Origin: Candidatus Yanofskybacteria bacterium RIFCSPHIGHO2_01_FULL_41_26
Lineage (GTDB): Bacteria; Patescibacteriota; Minisyncoccia; 2-02-FULL-40-12; GWA2-44-9
DNA length: 64,000 nucleotides
Reading direction: 5' to 3'
Assembly (NCBI GenBank): GCA_001794055.1
Contig: MGJB01000001.1
Span: forward strand, 7,457 to 71,456
The notes under the pieces are model-generated. The model had not been told where the DNA came from. It saw only the letters and a program-made list of their open reading frames with translations, and did not search any database. This document shows, piece by piece, positions 1-9,603 of this stretch (position 1 is the first letter of the stretch; every line of letters begins with the position of its first letter). Position numbers and translations under genes: made by a program.

Positions 1-837
1 GTTGCTTTTTTGGCTATGCTGTTTTGGTTTTTAGCCCGCTTATTCGGTGGATTTTGGTCCAGTATTGATTTTCTTTCCCGAAAACAAACCTTATTACCTT
101 TAGGGCTTCTGGTTTTGGCCGGGGTTATGGGCATGGTTGATGACGTTCTCGGGGTTTTTAAAAAGGGGGGATTTAAACTTAAGAAGCGGCTCATATTGTA
201 TTTTGTTGTTGCGTCGATTGGGGCGTGGTGGTTCTATTTTAAGTTAGACATAACATCGATTAACATTCCTTTCTACGGGGATGTTCAGGTTGGGTGGCTA
301 TATGTAATTTATTTTATGATCATAACTGTCGCCACAGCTTTTTCGATGAATGAAACCGATGGCTTGGACGGTCTTTCTGGGGGAGTTTTTCTGACAATGT
401 TTGGCGCTTTGGCGGCTATAGCTTTTGACCAAGGAAGGATAGATATGGTTACTTTTTTGGCGGCTATAATGGGAGCTTTGGTTGGTTTTCTTTGGTTTAA
501 CATCTATCCGGCCAGATTTTTTATGGGCGATACAGGAGTAATGTCCTTGGGTTTTACCGCTGCAGTTGTGGCCTTGCTCACAGATACGGCGTTGTTGTTG
601 CCGTTAATAGCTATTATTCCCTTGATTGAATCTTTTTCTGTAATTCTCCAAACTCTTTCTAAGAAAATAAGAAAAAAGAAAATATTTCCCTCAACTCCAA
701 TCCACCACACTTTTGAAGCTCTTGGTTGGCCGGAAACACAAATCACGATGCGCTTTTGGATGATAAATGCTATTGGTGCCATAATCGGACTTATTATATT
801 TCTTGTTGACTCAAAAATCCCGCCGTTGTTCAGATAA
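1..837 (+). CDS. mraY: Phospho-N-acetylmuramoyl-pentapeptide transferase (5'-truncated by window)
   Basis: NETDGLDGL, FMGDTG and PIHH motifs; polytopic membrane protein. Confidence 0.95.
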   Translation, partial: VAFLAMLFWFLARLFGGFWSSIDFLSRKQTLLPLGLLVLAGVMGMVDDVLGVFKKGGFKLKKRLILYFVVASIGAWWFYFKLDITSINIPFYGDVQVGWLYVIYFMIITVATAFSMNETDGLDGLSGGVFLTMFGALAAIAFDQGRIDMVTFLAAIMGALVGFLWFNIYPARFFMGDTGVMSLGFTAAVVALLTDTALLLPLIAIIPLIESFSVILQTLSKKIRKKKIFPSTPIHHTFEALGWPETQITMRFWMINAIGAIIGLIIFLVDSKIPPLFR

Positions 838-868
838 AACAAAAGGAGCCTTTGGCTCCTGATATATA

Positions 869-1546
869 TTACTTTTCCGATTTGTCTTCGTCTTTAATTG
901 ACGACCACATCGCAAATGCACTATCTTTTCCCCCCGCTCTTTGATATAGAGCCATACTAAACACAGTACTAGAATATTTTTTGGAATTTTGATAACCGAT
1001 CAAACCCATTGCCAGACCCGATTGTTGGCCCGAATCTTGTTTTCCGACAAAACAACACAAGGCGAGAGCTATATCGTTGGATTTTTGATAGCCGATGAGT
1101 CCCATAATGGATCCGCTTTCTTTCTTTGAATTCTGAAAAACAGAGATGCCAATACCTAGCAGGTTTTTATTTTCAGCCTTCTGATATCCGGACAATCCTA
1201 TCACCAAAACATTGTCATGACCGGCTTTTTGGTATACTTCAAAACCTAAAAAAGTTGTAGCGTCATAACCGGCTTCTTGGTATATTCCACCCAATAAGCT
1301 AAAAGCGTCTTGATCCGCTTTTTGATAGAGTGAAAAAATGGAATATATATTATTTGAACTTGATGCGTTTCCAAGAACAGTAAACACATTACCGTTTATG
1401 TTTAAAGGTAAACACAAGAGAGCGACTATGGCAAACTCTTTGGCATACTTTGGTTTTCTCTTAACATGAAGTCCGCGCATAGAAAATATTAACCAAATAA
1501 TGAAATGAAGAATGGTAGTTAATGAAAAGTTGATAATGTTCTGCAT
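869..1546 (-). CDS. Hypothetical membrane-anchored protein with ~15-aa G-x-x-x-YQ(K/N)(A/S) repeats
   Basis: 225-aa ORF with N-terminal hydrophobic segments and about 9 periodic repeats; SD-like AAGGA and TTGACA promoter upstream. Confidence 0.7.
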   Translation of the reverse strand: MQNIINFSLTTILHFIIWLIFSMRGLHVKRKPKYAKEFAIVALLCLPLNINGNVFTVLGNASSSNNIYSIFSLYQKADQDAFSLLGGIYQEAGYDATTFLGFEVYQKAGHDNVLVIGLSGYQKAENKNLLGIGISVFQNSKKESGSIMGLIGYQKSNDIALALCCFVGKQDSGQQSGLAMGLIGYQNSKKYSSTVFSMALYQRAGGKDSAFAMWSSIKDEDKSEK

Positions 1547-1718
1547 GCGTCTTCCTTTTCGTCTTTTGTTGTTAGAGAACTGCCGAGACTCCTTTTTGTA
1601 GTATATAGTTTAACTTATAAATGTCAAGGGCCAATTTGCAATAGGCGAGTTTAACTTGACTAAGTATTATCCATGTGTTAGGGTATTTAATTACTGTTCT
1701 TTTATAAGGAGGGTCTGG

Positions 1719-3482
1719 ATGATTGAAAAACTTCTGAAACAAATTAAAAATCCGGGGATTAGGTTGATGATTGAGCGTATTCGGTCGGAAGAAAAACAGG
1801 TTAAGAAGGTGTTTGCAATAACTGTTTTTGGCTCGATTTTAGGCGCATTTGTTCCTCTTGTGTATGGAAAAATTATCAGAATGGCCGGAGACAATATCTC
1901 TTCGGTTGAGTATATACTCTTGTTCGTATTAATGTGGTTGACGGTTGATCAGATACGCAACTGGACGACTAGATATTCTGACAGACAAGGGGTCTATGCT
2001 TCTTGGAATATTGACTACAATCTTTTTATGGATTCCTTGTCTCATTTGATACGGCTTCCGATGTCATATTTGTCTGAACAACGATTAGGCAAGACTGTTC
2101 AGAGAGTTGAGCGGGGAGCGGATTCTTTGGGAAGAATGGTTCGGGATGTTTTGTTTTCTCTTATTCCTCATTTTTTGAGCTTGATTTTTTCTTTTGCGTT
2201 GATGTTTTTGATTCAGTGGTTATTGGGGGTTTTGGTTCTTGTGACTGTGGTTCTATATACATTTGCCATGACATCTAGTAACAAAAAGATCGTTGCTCTT
2301 CACAGAGAAAATAAAAAGATATGGGAAGAAGCGTGGGGTCATATGTGGGATGTGGTTGGTAATGTAAAAGCTGTTAAGGCAAATACCAATGAAGAGTTTG
2401 AAATAAAAAGAATTAGGAGCAACTTTGACAAATGCTACTCAAGGGAAAAAGAAGCTCAAGATTTAAGAAACAAGATACAGGCTTATGAGCATTTTATATT
2501 TGGAGGCGGTGCTGTTATCACAATTGCATTAGGAGCTTTGATGTTGAGATGGGGAACGGTTGATGCTGGTGGCCTGTTTTCTTTTCTGGGTTATATCCAG
2601 CTTGCTTATACACCCTTTAGTCGCTTAGCTTACAATTGGAGATTTATTCTAGAAACATTAGTGATCGAAGAAAGAGTGGCCAAATTTTTGAAGGAAAATG
2701 AAGAGGATTATGAAACTGGAAATGACACACTGGTTGTCGGAGATATTGAATTTTCCAACGTAACTTTTGGATATGGCGAATCTGGGGACGAAATCTTTAA
2801 AAATGTTAATCTTGTTATTGGGGCAGGTGAAACGGTTGCAATAGTTGGTGAAAGCGGAGTTGGCAAAACGACTCTTATTGATTTAATTTCTCGTTACTAT
2901 GAACCAACGGCAGGGACCATTACTATAGGCGGTATTGATATAAGAAATTGGAAAAGAGGTTCTCTTAGATCGCAAATTGCCATAGTGCCTCAAGATCTTT
3001 CTTTGCTTAATGACACAATTAAACTGAACATAGCCTATGGAAATGTTGACAGAATTTCAGATGAAACGGCTATAGAAGATGCAGCAAAAGCATCTTACGC
3101 CCACGATTTTATTACCGGAAAAAGATTTGTCGATGGATATAACCAAATTGTCGGCGAGAGAGGAATAAAGTTGTCAGCTGGCCAGAAACAAAGGGTGGCA
3201 ATTGCCAGAGCTCTTCTTAGGGATCCTAAAATTCTGATTTTGGACGAGGCAACTTCAGCTCTTGATTCTGAATCAGAAATGTATGTTCAGCAGGCCTTAG
3301 AGGTTTTAATTAAAAGCAGAACCACTCTTATTATTGCCCACCGTTTAAGCACAATTAAAAAGGCCGATAAAATAGTTGTGATGCATGATGGGGGAATTGC
3401 TGAAGTCGGCAAACACGAAGAATTAATAGCTAAGAATGGAATATACAAAAAACTTATAGATCTTCAAAGTTTTCAGGAGTGA
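1719..3482 (+). CDS. ABC exporter, fused TMD+NBD (MsbA-like)
   Basis: Walker A GESGVGKT, signature LSAGQKQR, Walker B ILILDEATSALD; SD AAGGAGG before ATG 1719. Confidence 0.93.
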   Translation: MIEKLLKQIKNPGIRLMIERIRSEEKQVKKVFAITVFGSILGAFVPLVYGKIIRMAGDNISSVEYILLFVLMWLTVDQIRNWTTRYSDRQGVYASWNIDYNLFMDSLSHLIRLPMSYLSEQRLGKTVQRVERGADSLGRMVRDVLFSLIPHFLSLIFSFALMFLIQWLLGVLVLVTVVLYTFAMTSSNKKIVALHRENKKIWEEAWGHMWDVVGNVKAVKANTNEEFEIKRIRSNFDKCYSREKEAQDLRNKIQAYEHFIFGGGAVITIALGALMLRWGTVDAGGLFSFLGYIQLAYTPFSRLAYNWRFILETLVIEERVAKFLKENEEDYETGNDTLVVGDIEFSNVTFGYGESGDEIFKNVNLVIGAGETVAIVGESGVGKTTLIDLISRYYEPTAGTITIGGIDIRNWKRGSLRSQIAIVPQDLSLLNDTIKLNIAYGNVDRISDETAIEDAAKASYAHDFITGKRFVDGYNQIVGERGIKLSAGQKQRVAIARALLRDPKILILDEATSALDSESEMYVQQALEVLIKSRTTLIIAHRLSTIKKADKIVVMHDGGIAEVGKHEELIAKNGIYKKLIDLQSFQE

Positions 3483-3537
3483 GCCCTTTATAGGGCTTTT
3501 TATTTATCAAAATTAAAAACTGTATTATAATTTAATT

Positions 3538-4614
3538 GTGAACAGGAAACTTCTCTCAATAATTTTGATATTAGTCGTTTTTGGCCTTGTTGTTTTATCT
3601 TCGGCGGGAATCGTGGATGGTCAGAAGAAATTCGGTTCCTCTTATTATTATCTTACGCACCAGTTATTGTACGGAGTAATACCCGGTTTTATCGGAATGT
3701 TTGTCTTTTCTCTGATAAATTACAAGTTTTGGAAAAAGACATCATTATTTGTTTTAATCGGTTCGTTGGCGTTGATGATAATGATATTTATGCCTAATTT
3801 TGGTCATGGTCTCAAGGGTGCGACTCGGTGGATAAATCTGGGTGTTTTCTCTTTCCAGCCAGCTGAAATACTAAAACTCTCCTTGATAATATATTTGGCG
3901 GCATGGTTTGGAAACAGGGATGAAAGGACAAAGAGATGGTCTTATGGCGTGTTGCCATTTTTGATAGTTCTGTCTTTCGTGGCTTTGCTTTTATTTCTTC
4001 AACCGGATATCGGCACACTGATAGTGGTCTCGCTTATTTCTTTAGGAGTTTATTTTTTAGCTGGTCCAAGCTATAAACAGTTTGCGGGAATTTTGTTGGT
4101 CTTATTTCTGGGCTTATCGGCGATAATCGTTGTTGAACCTTACCGTTTTGATCGTTTAAAAGCTTTTTGGGATCCGTCTGTTGATCCGAGGGGAATTTCA
4201 TATCAAATAAATCAATCTTTAATATCAATCGGTTCAGGAGGATTGTTTGGCGTTGGTTATAATAACAGTTCCCAAAAGCAAGGAGGATTTTTACCGGAAG
4301 TGATAGGAGACTCGATTTTTGCTATTATTGCTGAAGAATTGGGATTGGTGGGCTCGGCGCTTACGGTTGGATTATTTGGAACCCTGTGTTTTTTTCTGGT
4401 TGGTATAGCCAAAAATGCGTCTGATAAGTTCGGAACTCTTCTTGTCATGGGGATTAATATTTGGATTATGTCACAAGCATTTGTAAATATAGCCGCCATA
4501 TCGGGACTTGTTCCTTTAACAGGTATTCCTCTGCCGTTTATCAGTTATGGTGGCACCGCTCTTGTGGTTCTGTTGTTGGGGATGGGAATTGTGTTTAATG
4601 TTGCTAAAGATTAA
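3538..4614 (+). CDS. ftsW: SEDS family cell division protein FtsW
   Basis: GATRWI, FQPAE, LQPDIG and GIPLPFISYGG motifs. Confidence 0.92.
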   Translation: MNRKLLSIILILVVFGLVVLSSAGIVDGQKKFGSSYYYLTHQLLYGVIPGFIGMFVFSLINYKFWKKTSLFVLIGSLALMIMIFMPNFGHGLKGATRWINLGVFSFQPAEILKLSLIIYLAAWFGNRDERTKRWSYGVLPFLIVLSFVALLLFLQPDIGTLIVVSLISLGVYFLAGPSYKQFAGILLVLFLGLSAIIVVEPYRFDRLKAFWDPSVDPRGISYQINQSLISIGSGGLFGVGYNNSSQKQGGFLPEVIGDSIFAIIAEELGLVGSALTVGLFGTLCFFLVGIAKNASDKFGTLLVMGINIWIMSQAFVNIAAISGLVPLTGIPLPFISYGGTALVVLLLGMGIVFNVAKD

Positions 4615-4641
4615 TTTGATTTTTTGGAGGCGTAATGTATA

Positions 4642-4875
4642 ATGCGTCTGGAGTTCTTTTTGGAGATGAACATGATTCTTCCCTCAACTGTTCAGTTGGC
4701 CGTTCTTAAGTTTAGCAAAAGCTCACAAGAAGACGATCCAAAAGATAAATGCGTGATGTGTGGAAAAGAAACGCCGTATCCTAAAAGTACCCACATTGAT
4801 TTTCGTGATTACTATGTTGAGGGATGTGGCCAGCTTTGCGGAGACTGCTGGAACAAGACTGATTCCCGAGCATAA
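4642..4875 (+). CDS. Small putative Zn-binding protein
   Basis: CVMC...GCGQLCGDC; followed by a hairpin+T terminator; start codon uncertain. Confidence 0.6.
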   Translation: MRLEFFLEMNMILPSTVQLAVLKFSKSSQEDDPKDKCVMCGKETPYPKSTHIDFRDYYVEGCGQLCGDCWNKTDSRA

Positions 4876-4919
4876 ATAACGTCGCCCAAGAGGCGGCTTT
4901 TGTTTACAAAAAATTAATA

Positions 4920-5125
4920 GCAAAACCCTCACCCATTTCCGACCTATTGGATTGCGCCTCCGGTCTTCTTCGGACAAATGCTTAAGTTAATCTCAATTCA
5001 GTTAACAAATTTGGTTACCCCGTCGCAAGTTCCGACTCAAATTTGTTGAATGAACTGAATTATCAATCAATTTAAGCATTATGTTACCCTCGAAACCAAA
5101 CGGTCTGAAATGGGCTAGGTTTCGC
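4920..5125. repeat. Structured intergenic repeat family D, copy 1
   Basis: Core CGGACAAATGCTTAA...TTAAGCATTATGTTACCCTCGAAACCAA shared with 29491-29765 and 42072-42281. Confidence 0.9.
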
Positions 5126-5143
5126 TTAAATTATTTTAAGCAA

Positions 5144-5306
5144 CCAGCCCGCATACCCTCAGGGAGAACTTGCGCAGGCATTTCGGCTTGCCCCCACACT
5201 CATGCATGAGTGTGGGGGCTTGGTTCTTTGAAATGCCGAGCATGGAGATGGCCGAGGCTCGCAGGAAGCCGAGGACTATCGGTCGAGTCGGGGGTATGTG
5301 GCTGGG
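5144..5306. repeat. Structured intergenic repeat family B, copy 1 (inverted; contains a 30-bp palindrome insert)
   Basis: Reverse complement of CCCAGCCACATACCCCCGACTCGACCGATAGT...GCCTGCGCAAGTTCTCCCTG seen at 15984 and 62963. Confidence 0.9.
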
Positions 5307-5329
5307 AGGAGCGTGCCAGAAAACCGCCA

Positions 5330-5593
5330 TTAGGCGGTTTTCTGTAGGAGATGGGTCGTGTTGGATTTGAGACGGGAAGCTTTATTTTTCTTAATGACAC
5401 CGGTTTTGGCAGCTTTATCTAATGTCTGATAAACTCTGGAAAGCATTTTTTTGGCTTCATCTTTTTTACCTGCCGCAACTAGTTTTCGAAAATCTTTAAC
5501 AGACGCTTTGTAAGCGACGGTTTTTCTGGTATTTCGGATCTTCCTTGTTTTGTTTTGGCGCAAAGCTTTCTTTGCTGATTTAGTAATAGGCAT
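5330..5593 (-). CDS. rpsT: 30S ribosomal protein S20
   Basis: MPITKSAKKALRQ...LDKAAKTGVIKKNKASRLKS. Confidence 0.97.
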   Translation of the reverse strand: MPITKSAKKALRQNKTRKIRNTRKTVAYKASVKDFRKLVAAGKKDEAKKMLSRVYQTLDKAAKTGVIKKNKASRLKSNTTHLLQKTA

Positions 5594-5676
5594 GTTTTTG
5601 TATTATTCTAAAGCTTGTTTATATTACTACGTTTGTGTATATTGCGCAATAGGTCTTCTGAAGGAAAGAGGAAGAA

Positions 5677-5823
5677 ATGGTTGAAATCCTGAATAGTTTT
5701 TGGTTCAATTTTCCTCTCTGGATTTTCTGGGTTCTTTACCTGTTTAATGGGAAATCGTGGAAAATTAAAAAGTATGTCGCCATTCCCCTGTTAATTTTTT
5801 CTGGTTTATCTTTCATCCTTTAA
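5677..5823 (+). CDS. 48-aa two-TM peptide (not in ORF track)
   Basis: MVEILNSFWFNFPLWIFWVLYLFNGKSWKIKKYVAIPLLIFSGLSFIL; purine-rich SD and terminator GCGGGA..TCCCGTTTTTTT. Confidence 0.5.
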   Translation: MVEILNSFWFNFPLWIFWVLYLFNGKSWKIKKYVAIPLLIFSGLSFIL

Positions 5824-5858
5824 GCGGGAAATAATCCCGTTTTTTTGTTGTACAAATA

Positions 5859-5970
5859 TAAAGAAATAAGTTCCAGGCCAAAGAAGAACGTTCGCAGGCG
5901 GGTAGCCGAGAGAGAGCAAAAACCCAGCAGGGTTTTATGCGGTCTTCGTGGTCTGGGACTTATTTCTTTA
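5859..5970 (+). repeat. Structured intergenic repeat family A, copy 1
   Basis: Core CCAAAGAAGAACGTTCG...GCAAAAACCCAGCAGGGTTTTATGCGGTC closed by a ~22-bp stem overlapping the uvrB stop. Confidence 0.93.
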
Positions 5971-7968
5971 GATAACTTCACCCTTTAATTTTCTAATCTG
6001 TTCCTTTAGTCCCAACGCTGTTTCGTAATCCATTTTTCGGATGGCTTTATCCATCAGTTTCTGAAGCTGTTTCATGGCATTCTGTCTTGAGCCGTTGGTG
6101 AAGAAGATTATCTCATTGTTACCTTCACCGTATTTTTGAATTTCTTTCTGGCTGATCGGCAAGTCAAAATTGCCTATTTCTTTAATGATTGTTTGCGGTG
6201 TTATGCCGTTTTCTTTGTTATATTTTTCTTGTTTTTTTCGACGTCTCAGAGTTTCTTTGATCGCAAAATCAATAGACTTGGTTATTTTATCAGCGTACAT
6301 AATTACGTGGCCGTTCTCATTACGGGCTGCGCGGCCCATGGTTTGGATAAGTGTGGTTGTGTTTCTCAAAAAACCTTCTTTATCAGCATCCAATATTGCT
6401 ATTAAAGAAACTTCAGGCAAATCCAATCCTTCTCTCAAAAGGTTTACGCCAACCAGAACATCGTAATTGCCGAGACGGAGGTCTTTTATTATTTTTAATC
6501 TGTCCAATGTTTTTATTTCGGAGTGAAGATAATTGACTTTAATTTCCTGTTCGGCTAAATGTTCAGACAGGTCTTCGGCCATTCGTTTGGTAAGAGTTGT
6601 GACGATTACTCTTTCATGGTTTTTAATTCTTGCTTTGATGTTTTCTACTAAATGAGGAATTTGTCCTTCTGTTGGCCTTATTTCTATTGTCGGGTCCAAA
6701 AGGCCGGTTGGCCTGATGAGTTGTTCGGCTATTCCGTCTTTGCCAGCTTGTTCCATTTCGTATTTGGCCGGTGTGGCTGAAGTGTATATGGTTTTCTGAA
6801 TTCTTTTCTGGAATTCCGGAAATTTTAGCGGACGATTATCTATGGCTGAAGGCAATCTGAAACCGTATTCAACCAAAGTAGATTTTCGTGAATGATCGCC
6901 GGTGAACATTGAACGAAGCTGGGGAACTGTGACGTGCGACTCATCAATTATTGTCAGAAATTCTCCTTTGGAAGAAAAGAAATCCAGAAGTGAATAGGGC
7001 GGCTCGCCGGTTTTTCTGAAATCAAGATGGCGGGAGTAGTTTTCTATTCCGTGGCAGTATCCTGTTTGACGCATCATTTCAATATCTTGCCTGGTTTTTT
7101 CTTGAAGCCGGACAGCTTCCTCAAACTTTTTTTCTTTTTTCAAGTGTTTAACATGTTTCTGGAGTTCGCTTTTTATGTTTTCTATGGCTAATCCAATTTT
7201 ATCGCCTGAGGTTATCCAGTATTTGGCAGGAAAGATGGTAGTTTCAACTATTTTTTCATATTTTAAATCTTTCATTTCCAATTCTTCGGGATCAGAAATG
7301 GTGGCCTGCATAATTTTTTCAATTCGGTCGTTTTTAAACTTTATTTTAATAACTTCTTGGGCGCTTGGAGCGACTACCTCAATTTCGTTGGTTGTTTTTC
7401 TGAAACAGCCTCTTTTTAATTCTATATCCGGAACATACTGGAGCCGCAAAAGTCCCCGCACCAATTCAGACGAATTCATTTTTTTATTCTCAAATATCTG
7501 GAGACCCAAGTTTTTATAATCATCCGGTGAGCCGAGGTTGTAGATGCACGAAACGGAAGCAACAATTATTACATCATCTCGGCTGATGAGAGCTTGAGTG
7601 GCGGCATGGCGCAAGCGGTCTATCTCTTGATTTATTTTGGAATCCTTCTCTATGTAAGTATCGGTATGGGGAATATACGCTTCCGGTTGATAATAATCAT
7701 AATAGCTGACGAAATAATGAACGGCGTTTTTGGGAAAAAATTCTTTGAATTCTTTATACAACTGAGCGGCGAGAGTTTTGTTGTGAGAAATGATTAAGGT
7801 CGGTTTTTTATAATGCTCGATAATCTTGGCCATCGTAAACGTTTTACCCGAGCCGGTGACACCCAAAAGCACCTGATGCTTTTTGCCGGTTTTTAAACCC
7901 TTAGCTAATTTTTCTATTGCTTCGGGCTGATCCCCGGTGGGCTCGAATTTAGATGAAAGTTTGAACAT
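5968..7968 (-). CDS. uvrB: Excinuclease ABC subunit B
   Basis: GVTGSGKT, YYDYYQPEAY, DESH and NLLREGLD motifs. Confidence 0.98.
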   Translation of the reverse strand: MFKLSSKFEPTGDQPEAIEKLAKGLKTGKKHQVLLGVTGSGKTFTMAKIIEHYKKPTLIISHNKTLAAQLYKEFKEFFPKNAVHYFVSYYDYYQPEAYIPHTDTYIEKDSKINQEIDRLRHAATQALISRDDVIIVASVSCIYNLGSPDDYKNLGLQIFENKKMNSSELVRGLLRLQYVPDIELKRGCFRKTTNEIEVVAPSAQEVIKIKFKNDRIEKIMQATISDPEELEMKDLKYEKIVETTIFPAKYWITSGDKIGLAIENIKSELQKHVKHLKKEKKFEEAVRLQEKTRQDIEMMRQTGYCHGIENYSRHLDFRKTGEPPYSLLDFFSSKGEFLTIIDESHVTVPQLRSMFTGDHSRKSTLVEYGFRLPSAIDNRPLKFPEFQKRIQKTIYTSATPAKYEMEQAGKDGIAEQLIRPTGLLDPTIEIRPTEGQIPHLVENIKARIKNHERVIVTTLTKRMAEDLSEHLAEQEIKVNYLHSEIKTLDRLKIIKDLRLGNYDVLVGVNLLREGLDLPEVSLIAILDADKEGFLRNTTTLIQTMGRAARNENGHVIMYADKITKSIDFAIKETLRRRKKQEKYNKENGITPQTIIKEIGNFDLPISQKEIQKYGEGNNEIIFFTNGSRQNAMKQLQKLMDKAIRKMDYETALGLKEQIRKLKGEVI

Positions 7969-8022
7969 TATAAATAATGATGGGCCTTTTTTATTTCTAT
8001 TTTCAATGCTATTCTTAAACCG

Positions 8023-8634
8023 ATGATCTCGTACTTAGAGGGGAAAATTGAATATACTGGCGATAAATACGTTATTTTGAATACGGGCGGTATAGGGTAT
8101 AAGGTAAATATAGTCCCTAAATTGCTAAATAGTTTATCAAAAATCAACCCACCTGTCAATACAAAGACCCCCATTGTAAAATTTTTTACCCATTCTCAAT
8201 TGAATATGCGGGAAGGAGTTTTTGACATTTATGGTTTTGAAAAAAGAGAAGACTTGGAACTGTTTCACCTCCTTATTTCTGTATCAGGAATAGGTCCCAA
8301 AAACGCTTTAAATATAATGTCTTCGGTGGAACCGAAACACTTGAAAGCGGCAGTAGTGAACAATGACCCTGATTATTTGAAAAAAATATCCGGTCTGGGG
8401 CCCAAAACCGCGCAAAGGCTGATAATGGAATTACAAAACAGGGTTGATTATCTTGAGATTGGGGACATGAAAGGAATGGATTTGGGTCAAGAAGGAGAAG
8501 CCATGGAAGCACTGGTAGCGCTTGGTTATACTCTTAGCCAAGCCAAAGATGCCCTCAAAGAAGATGCCAAGGGCAAGACGCTGGAACAAAGAGTAAGAGA
8601 AGCGCTTAAATTACTGGGAAAAAATCGCCGATAA
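8023..8634 (+). CDS. ruvA: Holliday junction branch migration protein RuvA
   Basis: MISYLEG, GIGY, VSGIGPK HhH and EALVALGY. Confidence 0.96.
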   Translation: MISYLEGKIEYTGDKYVILNTGGIGYKVNIVPKLLNSLSKINPPVNTKTPIVKFFTHSQLNMREGVFDIYGFEKREDLELFHLLISVSGIGPKNALNIMSSVEPKHLKAAVVNNDPDYLKKISGLGPKTAQRLIMELQNRVDYLEIGDMKGMDLGQEGEAMEALVALGYTLSQAKDALKEDAKGKTLEQRVREALKLLGKNRR

Positions 8635-8635
8635 A

Positions 8636-9583
8636 ATGATAAAATCTTTTTTACAAACGCAGGAGTGGTTAGATTTTCAGAAATACATTGGACGGAAAAC
8701 CTGGCGGTTTGATGATGGAAAAATTAAAGCAAATATAATTCAGCATGATTTGCCTTTCGGAAAAAATTATTTATATATTCCGCATGGGCCGGAAATAAAT
8801 TTTAATGTCATTACCGGCACCATAAATAATGAAGTCGCCAAGTTTGTTGCTTATCTTAAAAATTTAGCCAAAGATCAAAAATCAATTTTTATTAAGATTG
8901 AACCGCTAGACGATAAGGTGCCGGAAGCGATACACAATTTATCCACCAGCTGGCGGATCAAAAGGTCAGTCAAAGAGATCCAGCCGCACAAGACAGTTGT
9001 TTTAGATCTTCAAAAATCCGAAGAAGAACTGCTTGCCGAAATGCATCACAAAACTCGTTACAATATAAAAGTGGCCGAGAAGTACGGTGTTGTTGTAAAA
9101 GACAGCCTGTCTGCCGGCGAGGCAGGTAAAGACTTGGATACTTTTTGGAAACTATTAAAAAAGACTACCAAACGGGACAGATTCGGAAGTCATTCTAAGG
9201 AATATTATAAAAAATTAGTCGAATACTTTCAGCAAGGTGAAATGAGGGTGGATTTAGTATTGGCATACCATCAAGATAAAGCCGTAGCCGGAGCGTTAAT
9301 GATGACTTATGGCGATATCTGCTACTATCTTCACGGTGCATCTGACTATGATGCCCGAAGCATGATGGCTCCATATGCGCTCCATTGGGAAAACATAAAA
9401 ACGCTTCAAGCTTCAGGATGTAAGTTTTACGACCTTTGGGGCATAGATTCTCAACGTTGGCCGGGAGTGACGAGATTTAAACTTGGTTGGGGCGGCAGAG
9501 AAGTCGAATATTCCGGTTCGTTTGATCTGCCTGTCTCGCGATTTTGGTACTTTACATATAAAGTCGCAAGAAAAGTGTTTTAG
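8636..9583 (+). CDS. FemABX/MurM family peptidoglycan aminoacyltransferase
   Basis: SFLQT.EW, KTRYNI, YDLWG and GVTRFKLGWGG; adjacent to murE. Confidence 0.9.
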   Translation: MIKSFLQTQEWLDFQKYIGRKTWRFDDGKIKANIIQHDLPFGKNYLYIPHGPEINFNVITGTINNEVAKFVAYLKNLAKDQKSIFIKIEPLDDKVPEAIHNLSTSWRIKRSVKEIQPHKTVVLDLQKSEEELLAEMHHKTRYNIKVAEKYGVVVKDSLSAGEAGKDLDTFWKLLKKTTKRDRFGSHSKEYYKKLVEYFQQGEMRVDLVLAYHQDKAVAGALMMTYGDICYYLHGASDYDARSMMAPYALHWENIKTLQASGCKFYDLWGIDSQRWPGVTRFKLGWGGREVEYSGSFDLPVSRFWYFTYKVARKVF

Positions 9584-9603
9584 GATTCAGTAAATAATCA
9601 ACC

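Noticed and set aside
5136-5400. Short ORFs over repeat elements (also 15202-15816, 29899-30257, 41328-41615, 62762-63070)
   Set aside because: They translate repeat DNA or are antisense shadows.
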